Shown here one piece after another: positions 9,963 through 18,086 of a stretch of 64,000 bases of DNA. The stretch is taken from assembly GCA_902524845.1 (NCBI GenBank), contig CABZEW010000002.1:1160-65159 (forward strand). The letters are read 5' to 3'. Source of the DNA: an uncultured Alphaproteobacteria bacterium (GTDB taxonomy: Bacteria; Pseudomonadota; Alphaproteobacteria; Rhodobacterales; Rhodobacteraceae). The notes beneath the pieces were generated by a model. That model was not told the DNA's origin and searched no databases. It saw only the letters and a program-made list of their open reading frames with translations. How positions within the stretch are numbered: position 1 is the stretch's first letter; the number at the start of each line of letters is the position of its first letter. The position numbers were made by a program, and so were the translations under genes.

Positions 9963-10337
9963 TTATTGAGGACTTATCCACCAATCATCTGTTGCGTTTT
10001 CATATATTTCTAGACCTTTCACAAAATGTTCTTGGAATGCGGGAACTTGTTGCATTTTTCTAAAATCTGCCTGTATAGATGCTATATCTGCACCACTGCT
10101 TGTCCACTTTATTCTATTAGGATTTCCTGAGATAGGTAATGTAACTGCTAGCTCTACTCCATTTTCAGCACATATTTTGACGAAACCAAGAGCATGTTGA
10201 ACTGCTAGTGGTAACGGTGTTCCGTCCCGTACTTCAGCAGTGCGTGACCAGTAAGCCTCTGCAGAAACAAAATTTGTTGAGGCTATTAAACACACTAGCG
10301 TTAATAACATTGATATTTTTCTTCTTATAATTTTCAT
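9963..10337 (-). CDS. small secreted protein, hypothetical
   Basis: Signal peptide MKIIRRKISMLLTLVCLIASTNFVSAEA. The ATG at 10337 is 8 nt after AAGGAG, whereas the track start at 10346 is a GTG overlapping the SD. Confidence 0.55.
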   Translation of the reverse strand: MKIIRRKISMLLTLVCLIASTNFVSAEAYWSRTAEVRDGTPLPLAVQHALGFVKICAENGVELAVTLPISGNPNRIKWTSSGADIASIQADFRKMQQVPAFQEHFVKGLEIYENATDDWWISPQ

Positions 10338-10538
10338 ATTTTTCACTCCTTTTTAAAAATTGTTGAAATTAAATTTCATGAAATAATTTTTTTTTAAAAA
10401 GTGCAATGAACATATCTTATTACGTTGCGTCATGACTAAACACAATCAAATGTTAATGTCTGATTGTGTTTAGTACTGGCTACCATTGTTGTAAAAATAA
10501 ATATTTTCTATAAAGTAGATATGGGGATAGGGGTGAAT

Positions 10539-10865
10539 ATGATGAAACTAAAACATTTTATTGCGACACACACTTTTCATTCGGATAAAGTAAAAAAAGA
10601 ATATTTGAAGTTTGTCAAACATAGGAAAAAAAATGCTGAGTGGTTTGAAAATGTACCACAGAGGGAGGATGCCCAACTACATCAATTGTTTATTGGCAAG
10701 GAAGATTTTTTCTTTTGCCACTGGTATGCTGAGAGCGAAAAAGCGATTATTGAAACTTTATCCGAAGCAGGTGCTGATCAATATATGATAACGATGGCCA
10801 CTGAGGTAGGCGTACCTAAAATTGATTTAGATAAAATGACAATGTTGATGGGAAAAATTAAATAA
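10539..10865 (+). CDS. hypothetical protein (possibly DUF4242-like ferredoxin fold)
   Basis: Likely start is MMKLKH at 10539, after AGGGGTG. FFFCHWYAESEKAIIETLSEAGADQYM loosely resembles DUF4242. The stop TAA lies inside the left end of CBR1. Confidence 0.45.
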   Translation: MMKLKHFIATHTFHSDKVKKEYLKFVKHRKKNAEWFENVPQREDAQLHQLFIGKEDFFFCHWYAESEKAIIETLSEAGADQYMITMATEVGVPKIDLDKMTMLMGKIK

Positions 10866-11061
10866 ACCCCATCTGCTGCATAATCCAAGACCATACTACG
10901 TGTATACCCCTTGCGTCCCATGCGTGGGAGGGGTCACTTAGACTTTGAAACAAATCGTGCCTATTGATATGAACACGGGGATACCTGAGTTCCTGTAATT
11001 CACCTCTTTTTGTTGCTAATGGTGCAGTATAAGGGCAGTTAACTTTATCTCAGCCGCACCA
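10861..11061 (+). repeat. cassette boundary repeat CBR1 (diverged 'type 2')
   Basis: AATAAACCCCATCTGCTGCATAATCCAAGACCATACTACGTGTATACCCCTTGCGTCCCATGCGTGGGAGGGGTCAC ... AATGGTGCAGTATAAGGGCAGTTAACTTTATCTCAGCCGCACCA. The 12-mers and tRNA-derived part are degenerate. Confidence 0.6.
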
Positions 11062-11081
11062 TAATCTGGACCTCTTTCAAC

Positions 11082-12365
11082 CTAAAGCTGTAATTTGTGA
11101 ATACCGATCTTTTCTGTTCTACCTGGAATACTAAAATTTGCCTCGAAATCAGACTTGATTTCTTCAGATAATCGTTTGGCCACGGCATCGCTAATAATTA
11201 CTTGGCTATCAAATTTTTTACACGCATCACATAAACGATTAGCTACATTCACTGTATCTCCTAAAACGGTGAATTCAACTCTCTGATCTCCGCCAATGTT
11301 CCCAATTATGCATGGGCCAAAATGAATGCCAATTCTGTGCGTTATTTGAGGTAGTTTCTTTTCTGCGCGTTCTTTTGACCACTGGTTCATAGAAATTTGC
11401 ATTTTTCTCGCGCATTCAAATGCATTTTGAGCGTCATTGCCTCTACTAGTAGGTGTCCCAAACGTAGCCATAACTGCATCGCCTATAAATTTGTCAACAG
11501 TACCACCTGAACTAAATATCGCAGCAACCATTTTGGACTGGTACTCAGAAACCAATCGAACTACATCTTTGGGATCCATCGTTTCGGTCATCTTCGTAAA
11601 GCCATTTATATCTGTAAACAAAACTCCTACTAAAGAAGATTTTTCTACTTCAGTAATGTCAGAAAAACGGCTATTCTCTATTTCATCTTTAACCTCAGGA
11701 GAAAAATATCTACCTAATACCTGGTTTGCCCTCTCAAAATTCGAAGCTTGATTTGTTACTTTATCGAACTGCCAGCTAGTTACCGTAACCACTATAACCG
11801 TGAATACAACAAATAAACAATTCAAAACAAACCAGTCCAAATTTATAGCGAGTCCGTCTGAGAAAACAACTGGCAGGTTGCTAGAAAAAAATACACCATC
11901 AATGCTTAAAGCCATATATTGCTGGATAACAATGCTAGTTACAAATAATGCCGACAGGAATGCAGAAATAGTCAATCTGAGATATAGAACAGATACCACA
12001 ATAAACATAATACCAGGCGCGAATTGATAATCAACAATCCTTCCAACATTAGACTCAACGAGTAATGGATCATTATCAAGATTCGTAAGTATAGCGACAC
12101 CAATATTTGTTAAAATTATTAATAAAAGGCTCAAGAAAAGTAAAGGGCGATAATTTTCGATTCTAGTGTTCAACGCTATTGCTGCATTTAGTAGCGAACT
12201 AGTAAGAAACAAAGTAGGAAACCCAAACTTACCTAAGTCAGTGCTTGCGGTAGGTATTAGGAGTTGTGAAAATACTACCATCATCTGAATCATAGCATAG
12301 ACCCAGCTCACCATCTTCAACCCAGAGACATATCTTGAAATTAATTGATCGTTATTCATCATCAA
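11082..12365 (-). CDS. membrane-anchored class III adenylate/guanylate cyclase
   Basis: 427 aa with about 6 TM helices followed by a cyclase homology domain (VLFTDINGFTKMTE, DKFIGDAVMATFG, EFTVLGDTVNVANRL). Paralog of 33600..34895. Confidence 0.85.
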   Translation of the reverse strand: MMMNNDQLISRYVSGLKMVSWVYAMIQMMVVFSQLLIPTASTDLGKFGFPTLFLTSSLLNAAIALNTRIENYRPLLFLSLLLIILTNIGVAILTNLDNDPLLVESNVGRIVDYQFAPGIMFIVVSVLYLRLTISAFLSALFVTSIVIQQYMALSIDGVFFSSNLPVVFSDGLAINLDWFVLNCLFVVFTVIVVTVTSWQFDKVTNQASNFERANQVLGRYFSPEVKDEIENSRFSDITEVEKSSLVGVLFTDINGFTKMTETMDPKDVVRLVSEYQSKMVAAIFSSGGTVDKFIGDAVMATFGTPTSRGNDAQNAFECARKMQISMNQWSKERAEKKLPQITHRIGIHFGPCIIGNIGGDQRVEFTVLGDTVNVANRLCDACKKFDSQVIISDAVAKRLSEEIKSDFEANFSIPGRTEKIGIHKLQL

Positions 12366-12462
12366 TCTTTAACCAGCAAAATATTGGTTTGTTTGATAGA
12401 CATAGCATACCTTTTCATAACCAGACCATTCAATAGTTTGTATAGTGAACTTAATAGTTAAA

Positions 12463-12686
12463 GTTGTAAACTCCCCATCTGTTGCACACTCCAAGAAAAT
12501 ACTACGTGTACACCCCTAGTGGTCTGGCATGGGGGTAGACCAAACGGTAGACCAAAATTGTTTAATTGATGCGTAAATCTATGTTAAACTTTCAGATAAG
12601 TAGCCAAGAAAAGCTAATTATAGTTGGTAGAGCAACTGATTTGTAATCAGTGGGTCGGGAGTTCGAGTCTCTTTGGGGGGGCACCA
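12463..12686 (+). repeat. CBR2, full-length 'type 1' repeat with pseudo-tRNA-Thr
   Basis: GTTGTAAACTCCCCATCTGTTGCACACTCCAAGAAAATACTACGTG... The 12-mers are GGTAGACCAAAC at 12534-12545 and GGTAGACCAAAA at 12546-12557. A spacer is followed by the tRNA segment at 12623-12686, which is identical to the gene over GAGCAACTGATTTGTAATCAGTGGGTCGGGAGTTCGAGTCTCT and has a 5-nt D-loop deletion and a non-pairing 5' acceptor. Confidence 0.85.
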
Positions 12687-12741
12687 TCGAGTTCTAGCTC
12701 TGTTTATTTGGCTTTGATGCAGCTTAGTCAAGGATGTAGAC
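12687..12741 (+). repeat. P' arm remnant without integrase
   Basis: TCGAGTTCTAGCTCTGTTTATTTGGCTTTGATGCAGCTTAGTCAAGGATGTAGAC aligns with 6706-6767 next to the real tRNA. Homology stops inside the first 12-mer, where int would start. Confidence 0.7.
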
Positions 12742-12964
12742 ACTGTCAGCACTAATTAAAATAATTTGTTGTGATGACAAAATAAAGTGTGAAACTAAGA
12801 AGTACAATTGGTTTTATCAATCCAACTTAAATTATCTTATTCCATTTTCAATTGCTTTTTAGATATCTTTCGCATGGCCTTTTAACGAAATACTCACAGA
12901 GAAATTATTTTTGTAGTCTAATTAGAAATCGTTATATAAACTGACAGCTGTAGGTAAGCAAAGA

Positions 12965-13165
12965 ATGGAAAAAATTGCAAAACTAATAAATGTAACCACA
13001 CAAGATTTTGGGGCGTCAAAAGATACGGTATTGCATGATGTCAGATGGGAAAAAATGAAAGCCCACTGTTTTCCCGTGCTCCAAAAGGCTGGTCAAATAA
13101 AAATTACTACCATAAGGGTCTGGAATAAAGCTAATAAATTCAAATACTTGCACGTTTTTGAATAG
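12965..13165 (+). CDS. hypothetical protein (66 aa)
   Basis: ORF only; no motif and no clear SD. Confidence 0.2.
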   Translation: MEKIAKLINVTTQDFGASKDTVLHDVRWEKMKAHCFPVLQKAGQIKITTIRVWNKANKFKYLHVFE

Positions 13166-13374
13166 AGTAGCCAAAAATCATTTGAAGATTGTCAACCTAT
13201 ATGGAAGCAAATCTAACCCGAGCTTTTCAAAGATCTGTTGGTTAAAATGGTCTCTGACAAGGGTATTGTAGTCGTTGAAGATGTTTAGATAAAAATTACT
13301 CGAGCTCTATAGGATCTCTTTATTTGTAGTTCATAAAGTTTTCTAATCCATAAAATTGTATATACCTGCTACTT

Positions 13375-15228
13375 CTATTGATTTAAATAGCCAATTTCAT
13401 CTAAGTAAGGCTTGATAAGAGGATAAACTTTCCCATCTTTCCAATTCTGTAACCTCGAGATTTTTAATCCCGCCTTATTAGCTCTTGCTAATAACTTTTT
13501 AGCCTCTTCTAAATTACCAACTTCAGCCTCTAAAGCCGCATAAAGAATTAGAAGAAGCGAAGTTTTGTTAGAGAACTCATCGTTTAAAACATCCTTTAAT
13601 AGTGTCTTTATTTCATCCTTTCGATCAAGCATATAAAGCTGAGGGGCCAACTGCATTTTTACCATATGCTGTACATCATTTGGCATCAATCGAAGAGCTT
13701 CATAGCGGTAACCGACTGCTTTTTCAGCCAATCCACACATTTCTAAAATATTTGCCCCGACATTCAAAACAGTCGGATTAGCACTATTGATAGATAGCGC
13801 TTTATTAATGTGGCCCATCGCTATATCGCAATCCTTTGACAAAAAGATAAATTCTACATTCGCTCTCATCATGTACGCATCGTCATTTCCTTTAGTATTT
13901 ATGATATTTTGAGAAATATAATCTAGACGTGCGATATCCTCTTCTCGTTTCTGAGATAGACCTAAACGCAACCTCTGATATATCGTCCAACCTTCGATAT
14001 ATTCCATAACATATTGGTTACTGGATATTTTTTTTAAACTTTCAAATAGTTCTAAATGTTTATTATATCCTTCAGGCGTCCATCTTCTCCATTCATTTCT
14101 GTGATTTAGAAAAAGCGTATATGCTTCAGCAGTATCGAATTCATTCAACCATTTTTTTGCATTTTGGCCTTCAACCATATTTACTTGAAGTTCAACAAGT
14201 AAATTTGTCCCTAAATCATCTTGAACCTTAAAAATATCTTTTTGCTGAAAATCTAGCAAATCTGACCATGATATTGTTCTCTTCTCGAAGTCATAAAGCT
14301 CTACAGTTAACCTACTTTGTTCACCAAAAGCTTGCACAGAACCCTTTATCAAATAATTTACACCAAAATTCTTACCGATCTCATCATCACTTATGTCCTG
14401 CTCTAATATATTAAAACTAGTACTTGAGGACAAAACGTTGATGCCGTTATATTTTGATAAAATAGATATTACACCTTCTGTAAGAGCTGTTCCAACCGAA
14501 CTATTATCTGAACCCAATGTCTGGAATGGCTTAACCAATATAGTGGGCAGAGAGTTTTTGTTTTTCTGTACTTTTAGTTCCTGGTCCGTATCTTCTTTAA
14601 ATATGCTGAATGTTGAAAAGACCAAAAAGCCAATTACTAAAAGAGCTGCAATTGCTCCAACGGACACAAACCTCAAGCTTTTTTTATTTTTAAGTGTTCT
14701 CTTTTGCGACGGATCAAGAAGTATATCAAACGCATGGAATTCGTTCTGTTTAACCTTTTGTACCCCAAGATCATTAAAAGTCATCTTAGTTTTTGGCACA
14801 ACAAAGTCGTATACACTTTTTGATATTGATATCCCGTTCGGTTGAGCAAGAGCTTCTAGCCTGGCGGCGATATTTACACCGTCTCCTATAAGATTGGAAT
14901 CTTTTCTTACGACATCTCCCATATTTATACCAAGACGAAACTCCAGCTTTACAACTGCTTTTTGAGAGTCGTGTCTTTTCTTTATTTGTTTTTGGAACTC
15001 AACTCCACACTCAACAGCATTAACAGCACTAGGAAACTCAGCCAGGACCGAATCTCCAGCAGTGTTAAACACAGATCCCTTATATTTTTTGAGGAGTGTT
15101 TGTAAGATCTTTTCACAAGAATTGTAGCTATTGATTGTGGCATTTTCATCTTTTTCCATATGCTTGGAATAGCCAACTACGTCGGCAACAAATATAACAG
15201 CGATTTTACGATCAAAATTGCTAGACAT
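13375..15228 (-). CDS. class III adenylate cyclase with TM segment and C-terminal TPR-like domain
   Basis: Start moved to MSSNFDRKIAVIFVADVVGYSKHM at 15228, because the track's 56-aa N-terminal extension runs through CBR3. The cyclase domain (FNTAGDSVLAEF, NLIGDGVNIAARLE) is followed by one TM helix and TPR-like repeats. Confidence 0.85.
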   Translation of the reverse strand: MSSNFDRKIAVIFVADVVGYSKHMEKDENATINSYNSCEKILQTLLKKYKGSVFNTAGDSVLAEFPSAVNAVECGVEFQKQIKKRHDSQKAVVKLEFRLGINMGDVVRKDSNLIGDGVNIAARLEALAQPNGISISKSVYDFVVPKTKMTFNDLGVQKVKQNEFHAFDILLDPSQKRTLKNKKSLRFVSVGAIAALLVIGFLVFSTFSIFKEDTDQELKVQKNKNSLPTILVKPFQTLGSDNSSVGTALTEGVISILSKYNGINVLSSSTSFNILEQDISDDEIGKNFGVNYLIKGSVQAFGEQSRLTVELYDFEKRTISWSDLLDFQQKDIFKVQDDLGTNLLVELQVNMVEGQNAKKWLNEFDTAEAYTLFLNHRNEWRRWTPEGYNKHLELFESLKKISSNQYVMEYIEGWTIYQRLRLGLSQKREEDIARLDYISQNIINTKGNDDAYMMRANVEFIFLSKDCDIAMGHINKALSINSANPTVLNVGANILEMCGLAEKAVGYRYEALRLMPNDVQHMVKMQLAPQLYMLDRKDEIKTLLKDVLNDEFSNKTSLLLILYAALEAEVGNLEEAKKLLARANKAGLKISRLQNWKDGKVYPLIKPYLDEIGYLNQ

Positions 15229-15284
15229 ATTGAACCATAGGGACACAAAAATTAATTTACAAGATTGACGTAACTGGAGTTCTT

Positions 15285-15400
15285 TTCTGCTGTGCTTGAC
15301 TGCAGCGTACTCCAAGAAAATTCTGACTGTACGTCCCCAGTAGTCCTGCATAGGGGTAGACAAAACTCTAAACAAATATATGCGTTGGGAGACCACCCAG
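15285..15400 (+). repeat. CBR3 (decayed left module with degenerate 12-mers)
   Basis: TTCTGCTGTGCTTGACTGCAGCGTACTCCAAGAAAATTCTGACTGTACGTCCCCAGTAGTCCTGCATAGGGGTAGACAAAACTCTAAACAAATATATGCGT. Confidence 0.55.
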
Positions 15401-15454
15401 AGTGGGCGAGATTAGTTCATCCTACTTGTTTATTTCTAGCAATATTCCATAAAT

Positions 15455-15483
15455 TTGACAATTTAGAGTTTTTTGTAGATAAT
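15455..15483 (+). promoter_or_regulatory. sigma70-type promoter of module B copy 1
   Basis: TTGACA (15455-15460), 17-bp spacer, GATAAT (15478-15483). The same geometry is conserved in copy 2. Confidence 0.6.
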
Positions 15484-15489
15484 ATCGCG

Positions 15490-15593
15490 GGAACAAGTCT
15501 GTGAGAATGTTGTACCAGTTGGGGAGGAAAATTCCACAGAAACACTATTTCTATACATTATTCTGAAAATTAAACAGGCTGTTCCTTTTTTTT
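15490..15593 (+). ncRNA. candidate ~105-nt structured RNA (sRNA or leader) of module B copy 1
   Basis: Predicted +1 is about 7 nt after the -10. 5' GGAACAAGTCTGT (15490-15502) can pair with ACAGGCTGTTCC (15574-15585), directly followed by T8 (15586-15593). An alternative hairpin, CTGTGAGAAT/ATTCCACAG, presents a CCAGTTGGGGAGGAAA loop. Confidence 0.45.
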
Positions 15594-15623
15594 AAAAAAA
15601 AAGGGCCACACTTTGTATGGCCC
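15594..15623 (-). terminator. intrinsic terminator-like hairpin reading on the minus strand
   Basis: GGGCCA...TGGCCC hairpin (15603-15623) preceded by A9 on the + strand, which is hairpin plus U9 on the minus strand. Conserved in copy 2. Confidence 0.4.
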
Positions 15624-16119
15624 AGTGGGGAGGAAATGTCCGATTAGGACAATAGTTTGATGTTAAACTAAATATCTTAGACTGCAAGAATAACGTGACG
15701 TTAACGTAAACTTAACGTTGAGTAATTCTTAATAAAGTTACCTTCGATCTGGCAACACTTTAGTTTGCAATTAAATTACCTTACAAGTTTAAAAGGATGC
15801 TCAGGTATCTGAAGTTATTGTGTAAATGTTTCGGTCAATTATTTGCTAATTTTGACCGCTTGATTGAAACAATTCTTAAAATTGTAGCTTAATAAAATTA
15901 TAACTCGTCGTAATGAGGGTTTACTTGGTTTTATAACAAGAGCGAAAACGAATTTGTAATTAATGATTCACTAAAAAATTTATTACTGCATCAGTTTGTA
16001 TTTTTAAAAAAGGCATAGTGAACGCAAGGTCTCAGTTTTATTATTTTGGAATTGAGATAATGGCATAAACAAAAAGGATCAGATTAAATATTTCCAGAGT
16101 TTCAATTCTGATGTCGTTT

Positions 16120-18042
16120 CTAATCAGACAGTCCTAGCGGCTTAAGTACATTGCCAATGTCAGCCAAAAACTTCTTATTCTGGAATGCAGGATAGTCAGA
16201 AAACGGGGAGTTTGCAGTATATTTCCTCCCAATACCATTACTCATTTCTAATGTTTGAGCAGCAAGTTTGTTTTGTTTTTTCTTTTCATAAGAGTACGCC
16301 AATAGGGCCGAGATCGTTGGCAATGCCATAACATCATTATGGTATCTCTTGGATTTCTCTGACATCCAAAGGCTCTCGAGTTTTCCGGAGTCCACACCAT
16401 ATTGAAAAGTGAGATAGGCATATCCATAAGCAAGATATTTCGCGTTAAAAGCGCTAGGTCTTAATTCAAGTGATCTTTCCATATGAAGCAAGCCTTGCTC
16501 AAATTGATCTTGTGAGCTCCCATTCGAAGAACAGACTTGGTACAATAATCCAAAGTCGAATTGGCTCAGATGATCGTCGTAAATCCTATTTTCATATTGT
16601 TTGAGATCTGGAATAATAGAACAAGCCAAATCAAACTTCTGTAAGATTGCCTGATAAATACTCTTTCCCGCAAATAAATATAAATATATTGAATCAGCTT
16701 GATCAACAAATTGAATGCCGTGAGATAGATAATTTATGGCCTTGTTGATTTCCAAGGTAGGATCATCAACAAGTCCCAAGCTAGTACTAGCAAATGTATG
16801 AAAAGCTGCCAGTTGTAAAACGTGAGGATCATTTGGTGCAGAAGCTAGGTTCCTTTGTAATAGTTGACCTGCATAAGTCACACTCTCGACTGTTGATTTT
16901 AGAATAGCCTTATCAATCTTGATAAGATCAAAGTAAGTTTTGGGGTCATTCGTGTATTTGAACACGTGCTGCTTAGATGAAATATATCTCGATAATCCCT
17001 TCATAAGAAACATTGCAAGTTGTTCTTTTACCACGATCATGTTTTCTTCTATTCGGAAATCATACTGCTCTCTGAAAATTGTTTCAGAGGATACTGCTTC
17101 AACAACTCTGTATTGAACTCTTATAAATTCCTCTGAGTTTTGTACTGTGCCCGTGACCACATAGCGGATATCATTATTTGCCGCCAATTCTTTGTAAGGC
17201 AGTTTTTCTTCGATGAGCAATTGAGCTTCGATAGAGTCAATAAATTTCATATCAGTATTAAGATCTGATAAAGTATTGTTGATACTAACAGAGAGGTTAG
17301 CTTGTTCACTGCCAAAGTTTTTTTCAGAACTTTGGCTTTCAAATGGAAGAATAAGTATTTTCGGTCTTATATCGGAAATATCTGTAGCTGAATTTATTTC
17401 TTCATTATTAAAGAAAATAGAGAAGTATGTAATTGCGGCAGAGGATATTAAAATTAATACTGCCAGTCCAAACATACTCAGCTTTTTCAATCCGGATTGG
17501 GGTCTCAATTTTCGTTTTTGTTTAGGATCAAGTATGACATCATAGACGTGAAATTGGTTGCTTTTTACTTTCTGTATACCCTGGTCAGCAAAAGAGAGCT
17601 TTGTCTTGGAAGATACATATTCAAAAATGCCCTTTGAAATTGATATCCCACTTGCTTGAGCCAAAGACTCTAGACGGGCGGCTATGTTGACTCCGTCACC
17701 TAAAAGGTTTCCTTTTTCCTTTATTACATCCCCAACGTTAATCCCGATGCGAAACTCTAACTTAACTGTTGCACCTGCAGTTTTATTTCTTCTTTTAATT
17801 GCATTTTGAAATTCAACGGCGCACTCAACCGCGGCAACGGCACTTTCAAACTCTCCAAAAAATGAGTCTCCCCCAGTATTAAAAAGTCTAGCTTTATATT
17901 TCTCGAAAAGGTCCTTTAGCAAACTTTCGCACGCTCGAAGGTTTTTTATAGTAGCATTTTCATCGCTTTCAATGTGCTTACTGTATCCAACTACATCAGT
18001 CGCAAAAATTACAGCAATCTTCCGCTCTATGGCAGTGTTCAC
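16120..18042 (-). CDS. class III adenylate cyclase with TM segment and C-terminal helical-repeat domain
   Basis: 640 aa. N-terminal cyclase domain (IAVIFATDVVGYSKHIE, FNTGGDSFFGEF, NLLGDGVNIAARLE) and one TM helix. Same architecture as 13375..15228. Confidence 0.85.
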   Translation of the reverse strand: MNTAIERKIAVIFATDVVGYSKHIESDENATIKNLRACESLLKDLFEKYKARLFNTGGDSFFGEFESAVAAVECAVEFQNAIKRRNKTAGATVKLEFRIGINVGDVIKEKGNLLGDGVNIAARLESLAQASGISISKGIFEYVSSKTKLSFADQGIQKVKSNQFHVYDVILDPKQKRKLRPQSGLKKLSMFGLAVLILISSAAITYFSIFFNNEEINSATDISDIRPKILILPFESQSSEKNFGSEQANLSVSINNTLSDLNTDMKFIDSIEAQLLIEEKLPYKELAANNDIRYVVTGTVQNSEEFIRVQYRVVEAVSSETIFREQYDFRIEENMIVVKEQLAMFLMKGLSRYISSKQHVFKYTNDPKTYFDLIKIDKAILKSTVESVTYAGQLLQRNLASAPNDPHVLQLAAFHTFASTSLGLVDDPTLEINKAINYLSHGIQFVDQADSIYLYLFAGKSIYQAILQKFDLACSIIPDLKQYENRIYDDHLSQFDFGLLYQVCSSNGSSQDQFEQGLLHMERSLELRPSAFNAKYLAYGYAYLTFQYGVDSGKLESLWMSEKSKRYHNDVMALPTISALLAYSYEKKKQNKLAAQTLEMSNGIGRKYTANSPFSDYPAFQNKKFLADIGNVLKPLGLSD

Positions 18043-18086
18043 AGGAGTTCTTTCATAAAGTCCTTATAATGAACTTTATACGCACA

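Larger units (their letters stand above)
6706..12686 (+). mobile_element. integrase-bearing unit flanked by tRNA-Thr and the first full direct repeat of its 3' part
   Basis: tRNA 3' end at 6705, then int, a polymerase-like gene and cargo, then the repeat with tRNA fragment at 12623-12686. It also contains an internal decayed repeat (CBR1). Confidence 0.55.
15448..16050 (+). repeat. noncoding module B, copy 1 (about 600 bp)
   Basis: Colinear with 32357-32965. Near-identical by eye over the promoter and first ~230 nt, with patchier blocks further on (TTTAGTTTGCAATTAAATTACCTTAC, ATTATTTGCTAA, AAATTGTAGCTTAATAAA, GGTCTCAGTTTTATTATTTT). No conserved ORF. Confidence 0.8.

Noticed and set aside
6706-12686. 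A complete prophage or T7-like podovirus prophage (int plus RNAP are adjacent in some marine podoviruses)
   Set aside because: No capsid, portal, terminase, tail or lysis genes occur anywhere in the window. The polymerase-like gene is only 492 aa and convergent with int. A relic of such a phage cannot be excluded, but nothing else supports one.
15503-15570. A small peptide encoded in module B (ATGTTGTACCAGTTGGGGAGG...; also ATGTCCGAT after GGAGGAAA)
   Set aside because: A 1-nt indel between the two copies changes the frame and the stop position (19 codons versus about 55 codons). The second ATG gives 3 versus 7 codons. The conservation is at nucleotide and structure level.
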